NCBI RefSeq assembly: GCF_004010195.1
Contig: NC_057719.1
Location: 89,644,835-89,708,834 of the forward strand
Source: Chiloscyllium plagiosum
Taxonomy: Eukaryota
Length of the DNA stretch: 64,000 nt
Reading direction: 5' to 3'
Positions within the stretch are counted from its first letter, which is position 1, and every line of letters starts with the position of its first letter. Of the stretch, positions 51,306 through 62,099 are shown one piece after another. The notes under the pieces are model-generated. The model worked only from the letters and a program-made list of their open reading frames with translations, was not told where the DNA came from and searched no databases. The position numbers were made by a program, and so were the translations under genes.

Positions 51306-52585
51306 TTCCAACCGGGGTTTACAGATACCACTTTTAAACTCTGGAGATCCAGGGGTCTCTCATGTCTCGGGGACCTATTTAAAGATGGGATCCTGATGTC
51401 TTTTGAACAGCTGCATCAGAAATTCGGATTACCTAATGGAGACCTCTATCGATACTTCCAAATTCAAGACTATATACAGAAGAAGACTACGTTATTAGAT
51501 AGTCTTTATAAATCAGATCGAGAATGTAGAGTACTACGACCAATGGGGGTATCCTCCATCAGTACTATTTATCATTTACTACATGAATAAGTATCAGGAG
51601 ATATGGACAATCTGCTTAAAACATGGGATCAGGAATTGGGACTAGAAATCTCTATAGAAACGTAGAATGACATTTGGGAAAAGGCCAGAAGAATCACCAT
51701 CTGTTACAGAACTCAGGCTATCCAGCTGAAGATACTTCATAGGGCCCATATAGCACTGGATCGATTGGCAAAATTTAAGGCAGGGGCATCTCCAATGTGT
51801 CCCAAATGTAAAATAGAGGTGGGCACTCTTGTACATTGTCTATGGACCTGTCATAAGATCCGTAGATACTGGACTAAAGTAGCAAGTGCCCTGACAGAAA
51901 TTTTAGGAATGGAAATTAAAGTGGATCCCGTATCTCTCCTTTTGGGCTTTTCGAACTTATCCTCCCTGGACATGCACGGGAAGAGACTATTTTCTATTCT
52001 CTCTTTCTGTGCAAGGAAAAATATTTTGGTAAACTGGGTGGCTGAGGGGCCCCCTGGACTTTCAAATTGGCACAGATTAATTATGGAATGTATTCCTCTT
52101 GACTTCCTTACAAATATGGTGCATCGAAAGACCGAATTATTTTATAAAAATATGGCAGCCCTTCTTGAATTATATGAATACAGATATTTTGGCTATTCTA
52201 ACAAGGGCTTTTATTTAATTGAGATTACGGACCTGGCTGATCCGGGGCCCCTTGGGAGAGGAATCCCGCACGAATATGGGTTTTGTTACATTTGATGTTA
52301 ACACATTCCGAGCATGTATATTACTACCCAATTTCTATGTTATCCGCTGTTTTTTTTTTCTCTTTCTCTTATTTGAATAATGCAAGAGACTTAAATATAC
52401 ACTCTGGTTAGATTAGTAGTTAGTTGAGTTTTTTTTTCTCGGTATTTTTCTTTTGTTAAATTTTGGTTATATATTTAAGATTTAATTGTATATCAATATT
52501 TGTACTTGAGTTTTGTTTATCTTTGTAAACTTGTAAAAATGCTAAATTTCTAATAAAAATATCTATTAAAAAAATTTTTTTTAAA
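51306..52585 (+). mobile_element. 5'-truncated L1/Tx1-clade LINE (ORF2 C-terminus, 3' UTR, polyA)
   Basis: MSFEQLHQKFGL..YRYFQI and CPKC..GTLVHCLWTC (zf-RVT-like); AATAAA plus A tail; 12-bp TSD AAACCCACACCA (51294-305, 52586-97). Confidence 0.9.
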
Positions 52586-52599
52586 AAACCCACACCAAT

Positions 52600-53855
52600 C
52601 AGTGCCATTTGCCTGACATGCAAAGATAGGTGTAGAAATCAACAAGCTGGAAAGCAAAGGAATCATCAAACCAGTACAGTTTGCCATACAAGTAGCACTG
52701 GTTGTACCAATTTTGGGTTGGTTCACCTTTGAAGAGGTTTCAAAGAAATTGTAAACAGCTTTTTTTCAGCTGGATAAACACCCAATCCATCACACATCTG
52801 CTTTCACACTTCTGCCAGCGTATCAGTGCTCATGAAGCTGGATATGAGCCATGCTTACCTGCCATTGTGATCAGATGAGGATTCCCATGAGTATGCTACA
52901 CAAATATGAGACTGCTTTGTGGGGTGCCATCAGCCTGTGCAATCTTCCAGGGAACAATGGAGAATATTCTTCAAGTTCAACCTCGGGGGTGATGGTGTAG
53001 CAGAAAGAAATCCTGATAGTGTATGTTACCCAGACTTTGGCTGATGTCAAATGAAAATACATTCAGATTGAGAAGGATGGTTTGGCATGAAAAAGGTCCA
53101 CCAGTATCTTTGTAGACATCAATTTGTGATTGTAATGGACCACAAATGCCTGCTAGTTCTACTTGAAAAGGACAGGGCTCTCCCACCTCAAGCTTTGGGT
53201 GAAATTCAGCAGTGAACCTTTATTAATTGCATGTACTTACAAGTTGGAACACTGACCGGGGGGGCCAAGTGATAAATGCGGATGCCTTATACCGCCTCTC
53301 AGATGTTGCCACTGCAAGAGTCCGTCTGTACACCCTTCTGGTCGAGAATTACAATATCCAACTGTAGATATGTATTGATACCTTCCTGGTGAAACTAAAG
53401 CTGCTGGTGATGGGGAAATAAAAGGGTCATCACAACCAGATTGAATCATTTCTGGTCCTGATGAGCCCAGATCACCATTGAGGATGCCATACTAATATGA
53501 GCCGCAAGAGTGTTTGTGCCAAGCAAATGTCACTATCAGAGACAGGCTAAACTCCACCAGGATCATCCTGTGGTTTCCAAAATGAAGGTGTTGGTGAGAA
53601 GTTATGTCCAGTGGCCAGAATGGGTGGGGCAACAATTTGTGTCAGTGGCTCCATTACTTTCATGTGACTGGCCAGGTAAACCCGGGACACATCGACTATG
53701 CTGGTCCTTTTGTGGAGTCTATGCTTTTAATCATTGTGGACACACATTCATGGTGGTTGGACTTGCATGAAGTTCATTAGTCAAAAGTGAGGATGCCAAT
53801 TGAAAGCTGTGAGCATCTTTTACAATACACGGACTGTGGATGTGTTGGTCACAGA
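52600..53855 (+). mobile_element. Degenerate Gypsy/Ty3 pol fragment
   Basis: KLDMSHAYLPL and SACAIFQ (RT), plus a HIDYAGPF integrase-type motif. Confidence 0.75.
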
Positions 53856-56800
53856 TATTAAGGTGGACAAGTCCCCAGGTCCAGATGGGATCTATCCTAG
53901 GTTTCTGAAGGGAAGCAAGAGAGGAAATAGCTGGGGCCTTAACAGATATCTTTGCAGCATCCTTGAACACAGGTGATGTTCTGGAGGGCTAGAAAATTGC
54001 TAATCTTGTCCCCTTGTTTAAGAAGGGTAGCAGCGATAATCCAGGTATTTATAGGCCAGTGAGCCTGACATTAGTAGTAGGTACGCTGCTGGAGAACATA
54101 CTGAGGGATAGGATCTATTCCCATTTGGAAGAAAATGAGCTTACCAATGATGGGCAATATGGTTTTGTTCAGGGAAGGTCATGTCTTACAAACCTAATGG
54201 AATTCTTCGAGGAAATCTCAAGATTGATGAGGGAAGGGCTGTAGATGTCATAGACATGGACTTCAGTAAGGCGTTTGATAAGGTTCCCCATAGGCTGATG
54301 AAGATGGTGAAGTCGCATTGGGTCCAGGGTGTACTAGGTAGACGGATAGAGAATGTACTGCGCTGTATTCTTCTATGTTCTATGTTCTATGTTCTAAAGC
54401 GTTTGATAAGGTTCCCCATAGGCTGATGAAGATGGTGAAGTCGCATTGGGTCCAGGGTGTACTAGGTAGACGGATAGCGAACTGGCTGGGCAATGGGAGA
54501 CAGAGAGTTGTAGTGGAAGGGAGCTTCTCAAAATGGAGAACTGTGACCTGTAGTGTTCCACAGGGATCCATGCTGGGACCACTGTTGTTTGTGACATACA
54601 TAAATGATTTGGAGGAAGGTATAGGTGGTCTGATTAGCAAGTTTACAGATGGCACTAAGATTGGTGGAGTAGCAGATAGTGAAGGGGATTGTCAGAGAAT
54701 ATAGCAAAATCTAGATTGGAGAGTTGGGCAGAGAAATGGCAGACAGAGTTCAATTCTGGCAAATATGAGGTGATGCATTTTGGAAGCTCTTATTGAAGAG
54801 TGAACTATACAGTAAATTGGAAAAGTCTCAGGGAAAATTTATGTACAGAGAGATCAGAGTGTTCAGGTCCATTGTTCCCTGAAGGTGACAACACAGGTCA
54901 GTAGAGTGGTCAAAAAAGCATATGATATGCTTTCCTTCATCGATGGGGTATTGAGTACAAAAGTTGGCAAGTCATGTTACAGTTGTATAAGACTTTGATT
55001 TGGCCACATTTGGAACACAGTGTATAGTTCTGGTCACCAAATACCAAAAGGATATGGAAGCTTTGGAGAGATGCAGTGGAGGGTCACTAGAATGTTGCCT
55101 ATTATGGAGGGTGCTAGCTATGAAGAGAGATTGAGTAGATTAGGATTATTTTCATTAGAAAGACAGAGTTTGAGAGGTCTACAAAATCATGAGAGGTACA
55201 GACAGGGTTTAGCAAGTAGCTTTTTCCCCCAGCGTGGGGGACTCAATTACTAGGGATCATGAGTTCAAAGTGAGAGGGGAATGTTTAGGGGAGATATGCG
55301 TGGAAAGTTCTTTACGCAGAGGGTGGTGGGTCCCTGGAACGCATTGCCAACAGAGGTGGAAAGGCGAGCATGATAGCATCATTTGAGACATATCTAGACA
55401 GATACATGAATGGGCAGGGAGCAAAGGGATACAGATCCTTAGAAAATAGGCAACAGGTTTAGGTAGAGGATCAGGATTGGTGCAGGCGCTGAGGGCTGAA
55501 GGGCCTGTTCCATGTTTGTTCTTGAACAGAGGAACAACATTTGCCTCCCTCCACTCATCCGGTACTACTCCCATGGAGATCATTACCATAGGCACAGCAA
55601 TCTCATTCCTCGCTTCCCGTAGTAATGTTCGATATAATTGGTCTGGTCCTGGGGACTTACCTATCTTGATGCTTCCCAGAATTTCCAGCACATCCACTTT
55701 GTTAATGTCAGTCTGTTCAAGCCTGATAAACTGGTCCACTATCAACAAGGTGCCTCTCTCTGGAGAATACTAAAGCAAAAAACTCATTTAGGGCATTCCC
55801 TACCTCTTCAGACTCCAGGCACAAATTCCCTCCACTATCCTTGATCAGCCTTGCCTTCTCTCTCGTCATTCTCTTATTCCTCATATAAGTGTAGAATGCC
55901 TTTGGGTTTTCCCCAATTCTTCCCGCCAAGGCTTTTTCGTGCCCCCTCCTAGCTCTCTTCAGTCCATTTTGAGTTCTTTCCTAGCTACCCTGTAATCCTC
56001 GAAAGCTGTGCCAGATCCTTGCTTCCTTATCCATAAGTAAGCTTCCTTCGTCGTCTTCATGATGTAAAGCTCCTCAGCTCTTGTCATCCAAGGCTCCTTC
56101 ACCTTACCATTCCTTGCCTGTCTTGGTGGGACAAATTTATCCAACACTCACAACAAGTGTACCTTGTACAGCCTCCACATTTCTGTTGTGCACTTCCCAT
56201 AGGACAATTGTTCCCAATTTATACTCCACAGCTCCTGTCTAATAGCAGTATAATTTCCCCTTCCCCAATTAAATACTTTCCCGTACTGTCTGTTCCTACC
56301 CCTCTCCATGGCTGTGGTAAAGGTGAAGCAGTTGGGTTCACTGTCACTGAAATGTTGTCCCACCGAGAGATCTGACACCTGGCCTGGCTCGTTGCCTAGC
56401 ACCAAATCCAATATGGCCTCCCCTGTTTGGCCTATCTACGTATTGAATCAGGAATCCTTCCTGAACACAGCTAACAAAATCGGCTCCATTCAGAACATCT
56501 GCACTTAGGAAATATTGGGGAAGTTGAAGTGACCCATAACAACAATTCTGTTACATCTACACCTTTCCAACATCTGCTGTCCAATTTGTTCTTCTATCTC
56601 TGTGCTGCTATTGGGTCTACAGAAAACACCCAATAAGCTAATTGCTCCTTTCCTATTACTGACTTCTACCCATACTAACGCAGTAGACAAGCCCTCCTCA
56701 ACAACCTCCTTTTCTGCGCTGTGATGCACTCTTTAATTAACAACGCTATTCCCCCTCCTCTTTTACCCTCCTCCCTGTTCTTTTAAAAAGATCTAAACCC

Positions 56801-57162
56801 TGGGGCATCCAGCAACCATCTCTGCCCCTGTGAAATTCATGTCTCTGTTATGGCCACAACATTGTCGTTCCAAGTACTGATTCATGCTCTAAGTTCATCA
56901 CTCTCTTATTCATGACATTCCTTGCATTGAAACAGACACACTTTAACCCATCCCTTTGCCCTATCAACTGTGTATCCTTCCTAGCAGACTCTCTGCATTC
57001 TATTTCTGCCCGTTCAACAACTACCATCTCCTCTGATCTCTAGCTCTGTTTCCCATCCCCCTGCCAAACTCATTTAAATCCTCCCGAAGTGGTCTAGCAA
57101 ATCTCCTGCCCAGGACATTTGTGCCACTCTAGTTTAAAAGGCCTGGTTGTCTGGCAGAAACG

Positions 57163-57370
57163 GAGCTGAAAATGTGTTGCTGGAAAAGCGCAGCAGGTCA
57201 GGCAGCATCCAAGGAACAGGAGAATCGACGTTTCGGACATGAGCCCGAAGAAGGGCTCATGCCCGAAATGTCAATTCTCCTGCTCCTTGGATGCTGCCTG
57301 ACCTGCTGCGCTTTTCCAGCAACACATTTTCAGCTCTGAACTCCAGTATTTGCAGTCCTCAGTTTCTCCT
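57163..57370. mobile_element. PLE family-A hairpin insertion
   Basis: Inverted arms; 13-bp TSD TGTCTGGCAGAAA (57148-60, 57370-82). Confidence 0.85.
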
Positions 57371-58262
57371 GTCTGGCAGAAAGCAGAGAATGGGAATAAA
57401 AGGGCCTTTCTCAGGATGGCAACCAGTGACAGGTGGTGTTCTGCAAGGCTCAGTGTTAGGATCACAACTTTCCACTTTGTACATTAATGATCAAACAAAG
57501 CAACTGAGGGTATTCTGGCTAAGTTTGCAGATGATACAAAGATAGGTAGAGGCACAGGTAGCATTGAGAAGGCTGCAGAAGAGTTTGGACAGGTTAGGAG
57601 AGTGGGCAAAGGTGTAGCACATGGAGTACAACATGGAAAAGTGTAAGGTCATGCACTTTGGTAGGAAGAATAGAGGCATAGACTATTTTCTATATAAGGA
57701 GAAAATTGAGAGTTCTAGTCCAGGATTCTCTCAAGGTAATCTTGCAGGTTGAGACAGTAGTTAGGAAGGGAAATGCAATGGTGGCATTTATTTTGGGAAG
57801 ACTTGAATATTAAAGCATGGATGTCCTTCTGAGGCTCTATAAAGCTCTGGTCAGACCACATTTGGAGCATTGTGTGCAGTTTTGGACTTCAAATCTCAGG
57901 AAGAATGTACTGGCCCTGGAGCGTGTTCAGAGGAGGTTGACCAGAATGGTCCCAAGAATGAGAAGTTTAACATATGAGGAATGTTTGAGGATTCCAGGTC
58001 TGTATTCTGTGGAGTCAAGAAGGATGAGGGGGAATCTAATGGAAGCATGCAAAATACTGAATAGCCTGGACAGAGTGGATGTTGGGAAAATGTTTCCATT
58101 GGTCGGAGAGACTCTGACCTGAAGGCACAGCCTTAGAGTAAAAACAGAGATAAGGAGAAACTTCTTCAGGCAGAGAGTGAATTTCATAGATTAACTATTG
58201 TTGCAGAAGGCTGTGGAGACCAGGTCATTGAATGTATTTAAGACTGAGATAGATAGGTTCTT

Positions 58263-58575
58263 GATTAGATTAGATTACTTACAGTGTGGAAACAGGCCCT
58301 TCAGCCCAACAAGTCCACACCGACCTGCCAAAGCGCAACCCACCCAGACCCATTCCCCTACATTTATTCCTTCACCTAACACTACGGGCAATTTAGCATG
58401 GCCAATTCACCTAACCTGCACATTTTTGGACTGTGGGAGGAAACCGGAGCACCCGGAGGAAACCCACACAGACACAGGAAGAATGTGCAAACTCCACTCA
58501 GTCAGTCGCCTGAGGCAGGAATTAAACCCGGATCTCTGGCGCTGTGAGGCAGCAGTGCTAACCACTGTGCCACCC
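58263..58575 (-). mobile_element. HE1 SINE inserted in a CR1 3' region
   Basis: Homology to the other copies. Confidence 0.9.
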
Positions 58576-59671
58576 ATTGTCAAGAGGATCAAGGGTTATG
58601 GGGGCAAAGCAGGAGAATGAGGTTGAGAAACTTATCAGCCATGATTGAATGGCAGTGCAGATTCGATGGGCTGAATGACCTAATTTATGCCTTTATCTGT
58701 TATGGTCTTGAGTCGATTTGCATTCAGCTTCACGTGTTGTCCAATAGTCTGGCAGAAAGAGCTAGCTTTGGATCGGTGTCAGCAGGGTAATGCCTCAATA
58801 CTGTTCTCGATCTCTCTCGCTGCATAACTTCACCTCACTGCCGACAAACTCCCAGCTGGAAAGCCAAGTGAGCTTTTATTTTGGGCCAGCACTGCCCCTG
58901 TCCCAGTCCCATGGTGGGGATCAGTGGAAGGGGTAAGTTATATTTAATTGAAATGAGCAAGTGAGCATTCTCTGGATTTTAAAACATGGTTATCCCAATC
59001 CAGCAGTGTTCAATAGGGGCATAGCAAAGACGATTTAATTATTTAGTTGGAAGCAACAAATGCTGGATATCACAGTGGGTCAGACAACATCCATGGAGAC
59101 AGCAAGCTAACGGTTCAAGTTTAGGTGACTCTTCATCAGAGCCGTTCATTTGTTTGATTTGCTTGAGTTTATTTTGATTTTGGCACTCAAAAGAGGTTGG
59201 TGGGTATGAATCAAGGGAGTGCCAATTTATGTTTAATTTATTTTGTTTTTTTCCCAAAGTAATAATGTATTTAATTTTGTTTAAGAAAGTCAAGGCAGCT
59301 TTAATTTCTATTTTGAAAGTGTAGAGTTTTGCACCCGGTGCTGTCCCTGTGCCGGGAGTGTCTGATGGGGGCAGTGTTGGGGAGTCTTGGTTTTTTCCCG
59401 TTTACGCCTTTTGTTTTAAAAAAAATGAAGGGTTGTTTTTCAGACTGGAGATGTGTGACCATTTCTCATTTATAGAAACAGTTTGGGTGAGAATATAAGA
59501 AACATGGTTAGTAAGTTTGTAGATGGCACCAACATTGGTGGTATAGAAGACAGTGAAGAAGGTGATCTAAGATTGCAAACATGATTTGGAGATGCCGGTG
59601 TTGGACTGGGGTGTACAAAGTTAAAAATCACACAACACCAGGTTATAGTCCAACAGGTTTAATTGGAAGCA

Positions 59672-59706
59672 CACTAGCTTTCGGAGCGTCGCTCCTTCAT
59701 CAGGTA
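59672..59706 (-). ncRNA. Minimal hammerhead ribozyme motif (family B)
   Basis: Reverse complement reads UAC-CUGAUGA-A-GGAGC(GAC)GCUCC-GAAAGCUA-GUG. Confidence 0.75.
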
Positions 59707-61598
59707 GTTGTGCAGGACACAATTGTAAGACACAGAATTTATAGCAAAAATTTACAGCGTGATGTAACTGAAATTATACATTGAAAAATACCTTGATTGT
59801 TTGTGGAGTCTTTCATCTGTTCAAATACCATGATAGTTTCACTTCTTTCATGTGTAAATCACAAAACCTTTTTTTTAAAAGTTGCATTCTCAGGTTAACT
59901 GTAACAATTGGTGTTAGCTAGACAATATGACGAAGGTGTTCTCTGTGCCATAATGTTTAGACTGATTCTAATCTAAAAAGTGATATAAATTCAAGCAGTT
60001 TTTGAGCAAAGTACAATGTAACTCTGCAAGTAAAAATTCACCCCACAAATGTAAAAATGTGTGTCTGTCTGCGTCTGTCTGGGTTGGGGGGGTTGTGAGT
60101 GTGAGAGAGAGTGTCTTAAATTTGTGAGGGGGTGCATGTGTGATGTGGCAGTGTGTGTGTCCGTGTGTATGTGTGTATATAGGAATGTGTGTGTGTGTGC
60201 GCATGTGTAGGTGTGTCCGTGTATGTATAGTGCAATGGTGGTCACCTGTAGTGTCACATGAATCCAAAGTCCCAGTTAAGGCCCTCCCTATGGGTACGAA
60301 ATTTAGCTAACAGCCTCTGATTGGCCACTTTTCACTGCTGCCTGTCCCGAAGTCCACCTTGGAGAATGGTCACCCGAAGGTCTGAGGTTGAATGTCCTGG
60401 ACCGCTGAAGTGTTCCCCAAAGCTGGGCAGCTTGCTACAAACAATGATTTGTTTGAGGTTTGGTGGTTGTTTAAAGGTAAGCAGTGGAGGTGTGGGGAAT
60501 GTGTTGGCGAGCCCAGCTTTCAGGACATCTCCATACAATGCTGTCATGGTAGGCGCTGCAAGACGTGTCAGAGTCTGGACATGGATACCACCATTACACG
60601 TGGGGACACCTCCCACCACGTATGTGGCAGGTACTCATGTGACTCAGCCAACGTTGTCTATCTTATATGTTGCAGGCAAGGATGCCCTGGGGCATGGTAC
60701 ATTGGGGAATCCGAGCAAAGGCTACGGCAAAGGATGAATGGGCACCACACAACAAATCAATAGACAGGAGTGTTCCCTCCCAGTTGGGGAACACTTCAGC
60801 GGTCCAGGACATTCGACCTCGGACCTTCGGGCGACCATCCTCCAAGGCGGACTTCAGGACAGACAGCAGCGAAAAGTGGCCGAGCAGAGGCTGATCACTA
60901 AGTTCCGTACCTATAAGGAGGGCCTCAACCGGGACCTTGGATTCATGTCACACTATAGGTGACCGCCGCTGCACTATACATACACGGACACTCCTACACA
61001 CACACACACACATTCCTACAGACACAACACATTAACTCACATTCCTACAGACATACACACACTCCCACACTCTCACATGCACCCCCTCACAGATTTAAGA
61101 CACTCTACACTCACATACACACACACACATACACTCTCTCTCACACTCACAACCCCCCCAAGCCAGACAGACACACACAACACACACACACACAAAGACC
61201 CACATGCACACATATGCATATACGTTTGTGGGGTGAATTTGTACTTGCAGAGTTACATTGTACTTTGCTCAAAAACTGCATGAATTTATGTGAGACTCTG
61301 TTATCTCACTTTTTAGATTAGTATCAGTCCAAACATTAAGGCACAGACAGAGAACACAGGGGCTAACACCTTCAACATATTGTCTAGCTAACACCAATTG
61401 TTACAGCTAACCTGGGAATGCAACTTTTAAAAAAAACGTTTTGTGATTTACACATGAATGAAGTGAAACTATCATAGTATTTGAACAGATGAAAGACTCC
61501 ACAAACAATCAAGGTATTTTTCAATGTATAATTTCAATTACATCACACTGTAAATTTTTGCTATAAATTCTGTGTCTTACAATTGTGTCCTGTACAAC

Positions 61599-61633
61599 CA
61601 CCTGATGAAGGAGCGGCACTCCGAAAGCTAGTG
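61599..61633 (+). ncRNA. Minimal hammerhead ribozyme motif (family B, tandem copy 1)
   Basis: CAC-CUGAUGA-A-GGAG(CGGCA)CUCC-GAAAGCUA-GUG. Confidence 0.72.
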
Positions 61634-61792
61634 TGCTTCTAATTAAACCTGTTGGACTACAACCTGGTGTTGTGTGAATTTTAAGATTGCAACCACAAAC
61701 AATCAAGGTATTTTTCAATGTATAATTTCAATTACATCACGCTGTAAATTTTTGCTATAAATTCTGTGTCTTACAATTGTGTCCTGCACAAC

Positions 61793-61827
61793 CACCTGAT
61801 GAAGGAGCGGCGCTCCGAAAGCTAGTG
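61793..61827 (+). ncRNA. Minimal hammerhead ribozyme motif (family B, tandem copy 2)
   Basis: CAC-CUGAUGA-A-GGAGC(GGC)GCUCC-GAAAGCUA-GUG. Confidence 0.78.
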
Positions 61828-62099
61828 TGCTTCCAATTACACCTGTTGGACTACAACCTGGTGTTGTGTGAATTTTAAGATTGCAAAGGGATCTTAATCA
61901 GTTGTGCCAATAGGCCAAGCAGTGTCAGAAGGAGGTTAATTGAGATAAATGCAGGGTGTTGCATTTTGATAAGATGAACATAGCAAGACCTACACAGCTA
62001 ATAATAAGGCCTGTAGAGTGTTATCGAACAGACACCTAGCGGTTGATAGGATCTCTACAGAATGGAAGCCGGCCATTCAGCCCATCAAGTTTACACTGA

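Larger units (their letters stand above)
53860..58710. mobile_element. CR1 cluster: 53860-55515 (+), 55515-57140 (-), 57140-58710 (+)
   Basis: RT and APE motifs in the ORF track, e.g. YRPVSLT..QYGFVQGRSCLTNL and VPQGSMLGP. Confidence 0.85.
59580..61875. mobile_element. Young PLE family-B insertion with ~800-bp inverted arms and a duplicated 3' end
   Basis: GIY-YIG NVVYLICCRQGCPGAWYIGESEQRLRQRMNGH (ORF 60392-60763). 59620-60420 is the reverse complement of ~60785-61680. TSD TAAGATTGCAAA. Confidence 0.92.
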
